Assembly (NCBI GenBank): GCA_944389475.1
Contig: CALXMM010000006.1
Location: 6,755-70,754 of the forward strand
Source of the DNA: an uncultured Clostridia bacterium
GTDB lineage: Bacteria; Bacillota; Clostridia; TANB77; CAG-508
Direction: 5' to 3'
DNA: 64,000 nt
Shown here: positions 1 to 8,873 of the stretch, piece by piece
Layout of the letters: the number at the start of each line of letters is the position of its first letter
Numbering within the stretch: the stretch's first letter is position 1
Program-made: the position numbers and the translations under genes
The notes under the pieces: generated by a model
The model's database searches: none
What the model was told of the DNA's origin: nothing
The model's input: only the letters and a program-made list of their open reading frames with translations

Positions 1-761
1 ATTTTTGTTCCATCAGCTTTCACAGGATAATATATATCATTATTATGTGCTGAACACCCTGTTGGAGTATGTTTCATCCATAACACTTGTTTTTCATCAT
101 GTTTTCTTGCATAATGATATTTAATATCGGACTTTTCACCTGATTCAAGACTTGGTAAATCCCCTATGGCTTCTCTCAATGTTATTTCTTTTTCGGGTTC
201 TGGCCATGCCCATTCTAAGTCAATTTTATACATTTTTATTATCGCTCTTGGTCTACTTTGTGGTACACCATAATCTTTTGCATTTAAAATCTTAGCTTCA
301 ATTGTATATTTATTAGCATATTTATCAGTTAATATCTCTTTTAAAGTACATAATTTATCTTTGTAGGGTAATTTTATTTTTAAAAAACCAGGAACATTCT
401 CCATCAAGATATAGTCAAAATCTTTTTGGTCTATAACATCTAACACATCAAATACTAAATAATTTCTTGAATCTTTTAATTTATCTTCTAAATTTCGATT
501 TTTTCCTAAATTGCTAATCCCCTGGCAAGGTGGAGTTGCAATTAAAAACTTAACATCTTTTTTAATTTGACTTAAAAATTCATCCTTTATTTTTTTATCT
601 CTAATATCTCCAACTATCATTTTAGTTTTTGGATACATATATTGATAAAATTCTCCTCTTTTTTCTAATAACTCATTTGCAACTACAATTTCTATTCCAG
701 CATTTTTAAAATATGTTTCTGCTATTCCTGCACCTGCAAACATTGATGCTCCTTTAATCAT
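1..761 (-). CDS. DNA (cytosine-5)-methyltransferase, HgaI-type; 3' part runs off the window (not in the ORF track)
   Basis: My translation from ATG 761 (RBS AAAGGAG) gives MIKGASMFAGAGIAETYF..ANE..GDIRD..TPPCQG..MENVPG..DYGVPQSRPRA..WMKHTPTG. This covers C5-MTase motifs I, IV (PCQ), VI (ENV) and VIII, and the frame is open to the edge. Confidence 0.95.
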   Translation of the reverse strand, partial: MIKGASMFAGAGIAETYFKNAGIEIVVANELLEKRGEFYQYMYPKTKMIVGDIRDKKIKDEFLSQIKKDVKFLIATPPCQGISNLGKNRNLEDKLKDSRNYLVFDVLDVIDQKDFDYILMENVPGFLKIKLPYKDKLCTLKEILTDKYANKYTIEAKILNAKDYGVPQSRPRAIIKMYKIDLEWAWPEPEKEITLREAIGDLPSLESGEKSDIKYHYARKHDEKQVLWMKHTPTGCSAHNNDIYYPVKADGTK

Positions 762-915
762 TCTGTCTTTTTCTCCTTTATAAATTTAAAATATATTTTT
801 ACAACTTTCCATTTTTCATTGCTTAGTCATCTATTAAAATCAATAATATTCACTTTATTTACAATATATATTTATATCACAACTATTTATTAAGATAAAT
901 AGTTTTCTTGTATAT

Positions 916-1290
916 TTATTTTTCCAAATACACAAACGACTGAGGCGCAGATTTTACCCCATAGCATGCTAATTCCTTAGGCTCATCATATTTTTTTACA
1001 TCTGTTAATTTATATGCTATAGCATTACTCCTATTTTTAAAATACTTACTATAGAACTCAAAATCTATTCCAGAATAATTTTTAGTTTTTTCCCATAAAT
1101 TATCAGGCGTATCTTCCAAAATCTTTTCCACCTTTGCTTCACCCACAACTTTCATAATTGGTGAAGTTGAATATATGATTATTTTATCCACATTATGTTT
1201 ACACTTAATTTTTCTATATTCATATTTTTTGCTTCCATTTAAAATTTTTTCCACAAATTTTGGCTTAATTGAAATTAAAATATTACACAT
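916..1290 (-). CDS. Stand-alone ASCH (PUA-like) domain protein
   Basis: ISIKPKFVEKILNGSKKYEYRK matches the ASCH signature (SIKP..IL.GxKxxExR); ends in the typical APQSFxY. Confidence 0.88.
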   Translation of the reverse strand: MCNILISIKPKFVEKILNGSKKYEYRKIKCKHNVDKIIIYSTSPIMKVVGEAKVEKILEDTPDNLWEKTKNYSGIDFEFYSKYFKNRSNAIAYKLTDVKKYDEPKELACYGVKSAPQSFVYLEK

Positions 1291-1361
1291 AATTCACTTA
1301 CCCTCACATTTTTATATTTATCATAAGTATTATAAATACAACAAATTAAATTTAATGTATT

Positions 1362-2873
1362 TCACATTATTTCAAACATATTTTGACTATGTCCTTCTTT
1401 TATTATCTTTTCTAAACTTTTTCTATCAATCCTCAATGGTCCTTGAATAGGAACTTTTACAATATTATTTTTTAATAAAAATTTATATGTAATTGGTCTT
1501 TCAAAAGTTACATAATGTTTAAACATTATAACTAAACTATCTAGTTTAGCAACTTTTTCCAATTCTTCTTCGCTATAAGCTGTTCTCTTTCTAACCAAAT
1601 TAAAGATTTCATTTTTCGAATTAAACTTATTCCATGTTGTTTCTATTATTCCTAATGTAGTTATAGCTTTTTTATCAGTTGATGCATAAAATAGTATAAT
1701 ATCTCCAGGATTGATTATTTTTATTTTAGCATTAGAAATGAATGCTTTTTTTATAGCATTAGCTGATGTATCTTTACCTTGAGTATCATTAATACTTATT
1801 TGATATTCATCTTCTGCATCTTCAAATAATAATTTATGATATTTTGGCTTTATTGGAAAAATAAATATGTTTTGATTTTTTAATTGAACATATGGATATT
1901 TACTTTTATCCCTCATATTTTTTACATATACAGCTTCCCTTTCAATTGTCTCATCAGGTTTAAACGTGTTTTTATATGTATATAACTCAAATCCATATTG
2001 TTTTAATAAATAAATTAATGCATCCTGTTTCTCAAAAGTTGTAACATATAACTCATCAACATTCTTTTTTAATGCTTCATTAACCATTATTTTTATAAAA
2101 CTTTCTCCTATCTTTTTTCCAGTATCAGCAACTTTGAATGTACTTACCTTTATTCTTTTAGCTGGTTTAAATGGTTTTTCGAATGTTGAATAATCCTCTT
2201 TCTCATCTTCTTCCTTTAGCATAAGAAAAGATGTAACTTTATTTTCTTTATTTGTAGTTATATAAGCCATTCTTCCTTCTTTTTGTTTTCTTATAAACCA
2301 ATCATCAAACCCCAAATAATCTCTTCTCAAAGTTGTAAAAAAATCATCATTTAAATCCATATTATATAAATATTCTTGTTTTATAAACACAGGAGTTTTA
2401 ATAAAAACTTCTTCCTCATTTTTAAATTTCTCTAGTGCATCATCAATTGACAAAACTCTATCGTTCAAATTTAAAATTTTGGATTTCTTTACAAGTCTTT
2501 TATCATTGGTAATGAAATAACTTACGCAATTTTTCATTACTGCATATAACATTTCATTATCAATTTTATCATTTTCATTGTTGCATCCAACAATTTTATT
2601 AAATTCCTCTGTCATTTTAGGCGGATGATCTATGATATTATAAACTTTTAATTTTGAGATAAATATTGCTTTTTTCTTTTCATCTCTTATTTTATTAGCT
2701 TCCATAAATGTCTCAGGATGTATTGTAATCATATATTTATTTGAATCATATAAAATTTTAGTTAATTTTGATATTTTTTCATCCAATACATGATCATCCA
2801 AAATGTAAATCATCATATTAGTATCTAAGAGTATTTTTTCTTTCATAATTACTTCCTTTTTATTTACATTCAA
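1362..2873 (-). CDS. PIN + GNAT + ASCH/EVE-like three-domain protein
   Basis: N-terminal PIN (LLDTN..E..D..FITND), central GNAT (KVSTFKVADTGKKIGESF..ELYVT), C-terminal ASCH-like domain (FPIKPKYH..PGDIILFY). Start is either TTG 2873 or ATG 2846. Confidence 0.85.
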   Translation of the reverse strand: MNVNKKEVIMKEKILLDTNMMIYILDDHVLDEKISKLTKILYDSNKYMITIHPETFMEANKIRDEKKKAIFISKLKVYNIIDHPPKMTEEFNKIVGCNNENDKIDNEMLYAVMKNCVSYFITNDKRLVKKSKILNLNDRVLSIDDALEKFKNEEEVFIKTPVFIKQEYLYNMDLNDDFFTTLRRDYLGFDDWFIRKQKEGRMAYITTNKENKVTSFLMLKEEDEKEDYSTFEKPFKPAKRIKVSTFKVADTGKKIGESFIKIMVNEALKKNVDELYVTTFEKQDALIYLLKQYGFELYTYKNTFKPDETIEREAVYVKNMRDKSKYPYVQLKNQNIFIFPIKPKYHKLLFEDAEDEYQISINDTQGKDTSANAIKKAFISNAKIKIINPGDIILFYASTDKKAITTLGIIETTWNKFNSKNEIFNLVRKRTAYSEEELEKVAKLDSLVIMFKHYVTFERPITYKFLLKNNIVKVPIQGPLRIDRKSLEKIIKEGHSQNMFEIM

Positions 2874-2887
2874 CCAAATCCTTTTAT

Positions 2888-3412
2888 TTATGCTTTTTTA
2901 TTTGATAAATATTGGCAATAAAATTCATAATCTGATTCATTAAAACAAACTAAATATATTTTTTCAAAATCTTTTTTATATTTAATAGTTGTGTCTATTG
3001 CAATTTTCCCTCCAACAGCTTGTGGAACTTGATATACTCCCATTCCTAAGCAAGGAAAAGCAATTGTTTTAATTCCATTCCTTTTTGCTAATTCATAAGA
3101 ATTAATATAGCAATTTTCTAACAATTCTTCTTTATTTTTTACCGTATCATCATACCATTTTGGTGCAACTGTATGTATAACATGTTTAGCTTTAAGATTA
3201 TATCCTTTTGTAATCTTTGCCTCTCCAGTTTTGCATCCTCCTAATTTTCTACATTCTTCTAAAAGTCCATTTCCAGCTCTAGCATGTATTGCACCATCTA
3301 CACCTCCACCACCTAGAAGTGATTCATTTGCTGCATTTACTATTGCATCTACTTCTAATTCTGTTATATCACCTTTTAAAATTATAATATTATCAAATTC
3401 ACTCTTTATCAT
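2888..3412 (-). CDS. Macro domain protein (O-acetyl-ADP-ribose deacetylase / ADP-ribosylhydrolase, YmdB-like)
   Basis: GDIT..DAIVNAAN..LLGGGGVDGAIH..G..VIHTVAP..IAFPCLGMGVY. Confidence 0.95.
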   Translation of the reverse strand: MIKSEFDNIIILKGDITELEVDAIVNAANESLLGGGGVDGAIHARAGNGLLEECRKLGGCKTGEAKITKGYNLKAKHVIHTVAPKWYDDTVKNKEELLENCYINSYELAKRNGIKTIAFPCLGMGVYQVPQAVGGKIAIDTTIKYKKDFEKIYLVCFNESDYEFYCQYLSNKKA

Positions 3413-3438
3413 TTTTATATTCCTCTTCTTTTTCTATT

Positions 3439-3467
3439 ATTATACATTATAATACATAGACTCACAA
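3439..3467 (-). promoter_or_regulatory. Sigma-A-like promoter of the macro / PIN-GNAT-ASCH operon
   Basis: TTGTGA-17 bp-TATAAT with an extended TG, 26 bp upstream of the macro start. Confidence 0.65.
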
Positions 3468-3542
3468 TTTTTCTTTCGCATTGGATATTCTTTCATTAGA
3501 GCTCTTGTAAGTTTAGTCTTTTTATTTCATTATACTAATAAA

Positions 3543-4256
3543 TCAATCTCCAACCCCAAAGTCTGTATTTTCCAATAAAATATCAATATTTTCATAATCC
3601 TTGTATTTTGGATAAACTTGTCTAACAAATTCCTCTTTTAATTTTGTATCAGCAGGCATTATATCATCCATTTCTTTATATAAATTCACGCAAACTCTTT
3701 CAAAATTCTTTATGCCTATTTCTATATCATTCTCAATCTCTTCTAAATTTTGTCCTTTTACTCCAACTAGCAAATTAATTTCATCAAATGTATTTTTTAA
3801 ATCATCTAAAGTTGGGTAACCAAAACCTTTATTAAAAACTTTTTCTCTAATTTCTGCATCAAAAGTTTCCACTCCACCTTTTACTTTTAATGTTATACCA
3901 TTTGATGCACATTCTTTTCTAAATTCTTCTATTTGTTTTTTGTACATGTAATGACTCTCTATAATTAGTCTTTTAATCCCTTTGTTAATACAAGTTTTCA
4001 TCAATTCTTCTTTACTTTTCGCATTTAATTCAAAAATACTACCAGAGTTGATTGCTTCCAAAACACCAAATTCTCCTGTAACATTTTGCAAGACTTCATA
4101 ATTTATTTTAAATTGTTCCTCCGGATTACTATTTCTATCTAAATGATAATTGCAAAATTTACATTTACTCCATTTACATCCATTTCCTATTAATAGAACT
4201 ATTTCTCTTTTATCTTTATTTAAAATCTTTGAATATCTGTCCATCTTTTCCTCCAT
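3543..4256 (-). CDS. Short radical SAM protein, queuine lyase (QueL)-like
   Basis: CxxxCxxC (CKWSKCKFC). The REIVLL, GVLEAINSGS, ESH, GVETFD and terminal ENTDFGVG blocks match my recollection of the clostridial QueL family. Confidence 0.65.
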   Translation of the reverse strand: MEEKMDRYSKILNKDKREIVLLIGNGCKWSKCKFCNYHLDRNSNPEEQFKINYEVLQNVTGEFGVLEAINSGSIFELNAKSKEELMKTCINKGIKRLIIESHYMYKKQIEEFRKECASNGITLKVKGGVETFDAEIREKVFNKGFGYPTLDDLKNTFDEINLLVGVKGQNLEEIENDIEIGIKNFERVCVNLYKEMDDIMPADTKLKEEFVRQVYPKYKDYENIDILLENTDFGVGD

Positions 4257-4265
4257 TTATTTTGT

Positions 4266-4871
4266 TTATTCTAATTGTCCATCTCTTTTTTCTTTCTTCT
4301 TCACAGGAAATTTTTTATCAAATTCTTCCACCTCATCCATATTTACATGGTAAACATCTGGTTCTTCATATATTCCATATAAATCATTAATTTTATTCCT
4401 ATGAAAAATTTTTATCATAAAATATGGATTCTCTTTATTCTCCATTCCACCATAATAAATCTTATAGTGGGATGCAGGTTTGAATCCAAATCTAGTATAA
4501 TATTCAGGTTTTCCAGTTACAACTACAGCAGTATACCCCATTTGTTTTGCTTTTTTTAAAGTGAATTTTATAAGTTTTGTACCATATCCAGCATCTTGAT
4601 ATTCTGGTAAAACGCTTACTGGTCCAAATGTTAAAACTTCTTCTTCTCCTTTTGCATTTATTATCTTTCCTTTTGTATATACAATACTTGCTATCAATCT
4701 TCTGTCAGCTTCTATTACATAACTTAATTCTTTCACATAACTAGGATCTTTTCTTACTTTATGTAAAAGATAGTGCTCATAACACCCAGGTCTATATACA
4801 TTCCAGAAAGCCTCCCTTGTTAAATTTTCATTCATAAAGTAATCTTTTTCTTCTTCTAATCGTATTTTCAT
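4266..4871 (-). CDS. GNAT family N-acetyltransferase
   Basis: FGPVSVLPEYQDAGYGTKLI (acetyl-CoA motif A), GKPEYYTRFGF. Confidence 0.9.
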   Translation of the reverse strand: MKIRLEEEKDYFMNENLTREAFWNVYRPGCYEHYLLHKVRKDPSYVKELSYVIEADRRLIASIVYTKGKIINAKGEEEVLTFGPVSVLPEYQDAGYGTKLIKFTLKKAKQMGYTAVVVTGKPEYYTRFGFKPASHYKIYYGGMENKENPYFMIKIFHRNKINDLYGIYEEPDVYHVNMDEVEEFDKKFPVKKKEKRDGQLE

Positions 4872-4995
4872 CCTTCGCTTCCTTTACTATATAAATATAT
4901 ATATTTAATTATCTATAATGGAGCAGGTAGGAAAAACTTTGCAACCTATAACTATAAAAAAATATATATATTTAATTCTCTACAAAATAAAATTT

Positions 4996-5556
4996 TTATG
5001 TATTGCTTAATATATTTTCAGATGTCTTCCATCCAATTATATATCTACTTATTCTTTTTTCTGAATATTCTGACATTAAAACTCCTGTTGGTATTGCACC
5101 AACACTTTCCATAACTCTTCTAGATGCATCATCTTCCAAATCATGGCATACAATAATTTCATCCATTCCTAATTCTTTACATTTATTTACAAGCATATTT
5201 GCAACTGCTTTGCCATATCCTTTTCGCCTCTCTGAAGGTCTAATTCCATAAGATAAATTTCCTAAAATATCTTTTCCAGGTTGAGTTAAATTTATTCTAA
5301 TAGCTGTAGCGCCAATCAATTTATCTTGATCATTTATTACTAAATAATAATAACATTTTTCGTACCATTCTTCTTTATTATGTAATTCATTAGCTGCATT
5401 TTCAGCAACTCTTACTATATTTCTATAATCTATCTCATTATCACAAGGTAATTCTAAAATATCAGGTGTTAAGGAAGTATTACTTTTTTTCCATTCTTGT
5501 ATCATATCTATATATTGAATATAATATCTTGGTTCTATTTTTTCGAATCTTAACAT
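4996..5556 (-). CDS. GNAT family N-acetyltransferase
   Basis: GNLSYGIRPSERRKGYGK motif A, followed by ASRRVMESVG. Confidence 0.88.
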   Translation of the reverse strand: MLRFEKIEPRYYIQYIDMIQEWKKSNTSLTPDILELPCDNEIDYRNIVRVAENAANELHNKEEWYEKCYYYLVINDQDKLIGATAIRINLTQPGKDILGNLSYGIRPSERRKGYGKAVANMLVNKCKELGMDEIIVCHDLEDDASRRVMESVGAIPTGVLMSEYSEKRISRYIIGWKTSENILSNT

Positions 5557-5621
5557 GCATATGTCCCCCTATATTATTTTTTTCGATATATTTCCTATTT
5601 TTCCTTGTAAATAAAGACATT

Positions 5622-6066
5622 TTATTGCTTTTTTTCATACCAATCTGCAAACACTTTAAATGAATTAATTGATTTTTCTCTTTTTCTATTATCCCTTTCT
5701 TCCTTTGTCATTTGTGCTAATGTTTTATCATATCCATATGGTATAAATATATACCATAAATCTGACCATTTTTCATTTGTATCATTTCCTAGAATTTTTT
5801 TAGATAATGTTCCATTATGTCCAATGTAAAATTCACAAAAGCTCTTGGGAATCCATTTAGTTCATCTATCCAAAAGCCAGAATCTAATGATATACATGGT
5901 TTATTTACTAATTTATATGCTTCTTCAACTTTTACTTTAGAGATATATTTTATATTATCACTTCTAGGTTCATCTAAATCGTATTCTTTATATTTGCATT
6001 TTTTAAAACCTTTTGTGCTGATGCAATTTTTCCTTTATTATGTGTTACAAAAATTAATTCTTCCAT
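5622..6066 (-). pseudogene. Disrupted Ham1/RdgB-type non-canonical purine NTP pyrophosphatase
   Basis: Three reading frames join into one Ham1-like protein: MEELIFVTHNKGKIASAQ / EYDLDEPRSD..PCISLDSGFWIDELNGFPRAFV / HNGTLS..KWSDLWYIFIPYGYDKTLAQM. Frameshifts lie near 5985 and 5820. Confidence 0.8.
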
Positions 6067-6132
6067 AAAAAGTTCCCCCTTTTGTGAAACATTTTATCAC
6101 AAAAGAAGGAGTTATAGTTAATTTTTATAAAA

Positions 6133-7320
6133 TTATTCTTCAAACATATTTTTTCTATTATATTTTTTACAATTTAATTTTTCTTTTAAATAAATACATT
6201 CTTCCAAATCAATATCAAATGTATTAGCTAAACATACAACATAATAAAGTACATCCTGTAATTCTTCTTCTATTGTTCCTTTTATTTCCTTTCCTTGCAT
6301 TCTTACATTTTCATTAACATCTTTTGCAAGTTCTCCTACTTCTTCCATTAACTTAAGCATATACTTTTCTTTTGTATTATTTTTATGATTAATTTTGCTT
6401 ATGCATTCTTGTAATCTTTTTATTGTTAAATCTGCTTGCTTTGGTTTTCTACCTCTCTTAGATTTTTTTGGAGTAAAATTAATATCCATTATTTCATCTG
6501 TATTTTGATATTGTATTGGTTGCATTGGAATTGTTTGCAATTCTTGATAAGGATCATCAAAGTCTTTTGAATAATCAATTTTATCTAATTTTCTTGTTTT
6601 AGTCATTTGACCTATATTTGTTGCTACAGATACATTTTCCAAATTGTAATTCATATTTCCAATAGTTTCTGCTGCTTCTGTAATTACATTATCATTAATT
6701 TTCTTTTTTCTTCCTCTTTTAGCTGGTACTTTTTCTAAATTGTTTTGTCTTACTATTTGAGTTTGCTCTACATTATTATTTTTTTCTATCTTATTATTTG
6801 TTTTCTTTGGAATATCTATTATTTTCTTTTTGGCTAAATCATTTTGTTTTACACCATATAAAATAGCTAATTCTTCATTTTCTAATATAGTTTTAAATGC
6901 CTTTTTATAATCATCTATTTTTTCATCAAGTAATTCTTGATTTGCTATATATTCTATGCTATCTTCTGGTAAATTCATAAACTCTTGGGCTGTATAGAAT
7001 ATGTTGATTAGTGCTATTACATTTTTGGCAAATTTTTTCTTCTTGTAATTTATTAATTTTTTATCAAATAAAATTATCTTATTTTTTGCCTCTATATATT
7101 CCTCTAAAACATATTTTTCCAAATTATATTTTCCCCAAACTTTTAGGATTAAAGTACCATTTGTATTTTCCTCAAATATAGGAAATAGTATAAAATTCAC
7201 ATCATTTTCTTTTAAGCATTTTGGAAAAAACATCTGATATTTTCCTACAGGATTGTATTCTTTCCAGTTATCCAATATTCCATCCATTAATGCAATTCCG
7301 TTTTCTAATTCTTCTTCCAT
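6133..7320 (-). CDS. Protein with unknown N-terminal domain, low-complexity linker and C-terminal MazG-like pyrophosphohydrolase
   Basis: C-terminal LMEEVGELAK..IEEELQDVLYYVVCLAN..IDLE is the MazG ExxE..ExxD motif; the first ~290 aa are not recognised. Confidence 0.8.
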   Translation of the reverse strand: MEEELENGIALMDGILDNWKEYNPVGKYQMFFPKCLKENDVNFILFPIFEENTNGTLILKVWGKYNLEKYVLEEYIEAKNKIILFDKKLINYKKKKFAKNVIALINIFYTAQEFMNLPEDSIEYIANQELLDEKIDDYKKAFKTILENEELAILYGVKQNDLAKKKIIDIPKKTNNKIEKNNNVEQTQIVRQNNLEKVPAKRGRKKKINDNVITEAAETIGNMNYNLENVSVATNIGQMTKTRKLDKIDYSKDFDDPYQELQTIPMQPIQYQNTDEIMDINFTPKKSKRGRKPKQADLTIKRLQECISKINHKNNTKEKYMLKLMEEVGELAKDVNENVRMQGKEIKGTIEEELQDVLYYVVCLANTFDIDLEECIYLKEKLNCKKYNRKNMFEE

Positions 7321-7381
7321 TATTTACACCCCAATATTTTTCTATAAAATCTTTCTTTTAATATTTTATTTATAATCTTTT

Positions 7382-8803
7382 TTAACTTTCTTTATTTAAT
7401 AAATTTCTTGCCATTTGTACTCCGGATGCTGATGCCATCATTAGTCCTCTTGTCATTCCTCCTCCATCACCTATAGAATATAATCCTTTTACACTTGTTT
7501 CAAAATTATTATCTATTACAACTCTGTTACTATAGAATTTGATTTCCGGAGCATATAATAAATTTTCAGGATTTGCAAAACCTTCTACAATTTTATCCAT
7601 ACTTCTAATAAATTCCAAAATATCTGTCATTGTTCTATAACCTAATGAAAATGTTATATCTCCTGCTACTGCAGATTTTAAAGTAGGTTTTATTTTATTT
7701 TTTTCTAATTCATAATCCCAAGTTCTTTTTCCTCTATAAATATCTCCTAACCTTTGAACTACAATGTTTCCAGCTCCTAGTTCATTTAGATTTTTAGCTA
7801 TATTCCTTCCATATTCTATTGGTTTATCAAAAGGATACTCAAATTTATGTGATACTAAAATCGCTAAATTTGTTTGTGTACTTTTTTTATCTTTGTATGA
7901 ATGTCCATTTACTAAATCTATTCCTTCATCATATACCTCTGAAGAAACAAATCCACTTGGGTTTTGACAAAATGTTCTTACTTTATCTCTATATGGCTCT
8001 GGATGTCCTATAAATTTTCCCTCATACATATATGCATTAATGTCTTTCATAACCTCATCTGATAGTTCATATCTTACACCTATATCTACTACTCCTGCTT
8101 CTGTTTTTATTTGATGCTCATTACACATATCTACTAACCAATTGGCACCTTTTCTTCCAACTGCCATAATTATATTTTTTCCATATATTTTTTCTTCTTC
8201 AGTTCCTTTGTTATGCTTTACTATTACACCTTTAGCTTCATTGTTTTCTATAATTAAATCTTTTACTTCTGTTTCAAACATTAAATTGATATTATTTTCT
8301 TCTAGATAATCTTCTAACTTTTTATACAATTCATGTGCCTTTTCAGTTCCTAAATGTCTAATAGGAATATCTATTAGTGTAATTTCTTCTTTTTTTGCTT
8401 TTTTCTTTATTTCATCAATTTCTTTTTTATAATGTGTGCCTTCTAGTTTTGGATCTGCTCCAAAATCTAGATATATTTTGTCCGTATAATCTATTAATTT
8501 CTTTGTTTCTTCTACACCCACATATTTATGTAGATCTCCTCCTACATAGAAATCCTCATCCTCTTTGTTGTATAAAGAAAGTTTTCCATCTGAAAATGCT
8601 CCAGCCCCTGAGAATCCACTTGTTATATTACAAAATGGTTTGCATTTTATACATTTGCCAATTTTATCTATTGGACAATTTCTTTCTTCTACACGTTTGC
8701 CTTGCTCTATTAGTAAAATTTTTTTGTTTTTATCATGTTGTAACATTTCGTATGCAAAAAATATACCACCAGGTCCCATTCCTATTACTATAGCATCATA
8801 CAT
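7382..8803 (-). CDS. FAD-dependent oxidoreductase (uncharacterised clostridial family)
   Basis: GMGPGG Rossmann motif, GAGAFSDGKL, RTFCQNPSG, C-terminal GDGGGMTRGL. Confidence 0.85.
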   Translation of the reverse strand: MYDAIVIGMGPGGIFFAYEMLQHDKNKKILLIEQGKRVEERNCPIDKIGKCIKCKPFCNITSGFSGAGAFSDGKLSLYNKEDEDFYVGGDLHKYVGVEETKKLIDYTDKIYLDFGADPKLEGTHYKKEIDEIKKKAKKEEITLIDIPIRHLGTEKAHELYKKLEDYLEENNINLMFETEVKDLIIENNEAKGVIVKHNKGTEEEKIYGKNIIMAVGRKGANWLVDMCNEHQIKTEAGVVDIGVRYELSDEVMKDINAYMYEGKFIGHPEPYRDKVRTFCQNPSGFVSSEVYDEGIDLVNGHSYKDKKSTQTNLAILVSHKFEYPFDKPIEYGRNIAKNLNELGAGNIVVQRLGDIYRGKRTWDYELEKNKIKPTLKSAVAGDITFSLGYRTMTDILEFIRSMDKIVEGFANPENLLYAPEIKFYSNRVVIDNNFETSVKGLYSIGDGGGMTRGLMMASASGVQMARNLLNKES

Positions 8804-8873
8804 TTATATCACATCCTATCTTTAACTTACTTTATCCTCATAAGTTCTAAAGTTCTCTACTTTCTTGACAAGA

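Noticed and set aside
1-761. Link between the MTase target (GACGC for HgaI) and the GACGG core of the repeat
   Set aside because: The sequences differ and the specificity of this enzyme is unknown, so there is no support.
3445-3530. Short minus-strand frame (..KLTRALMKEYPMRKKNCESMYYNV) between the QueL-like and macro genes
   Set aside because: No RBS, it overlaps the macro promoter, and it is too short to assign.
4872-4995. preQ1 or c-di-GMP riboswitch upstream of the GNAT-QueL-like genes
   Set aside because: There is only a short AGG/CCT stem with GCAAA; the preQ1 P1/A-rich tail and the two-stem GEMM layout are not present on the coding strand.
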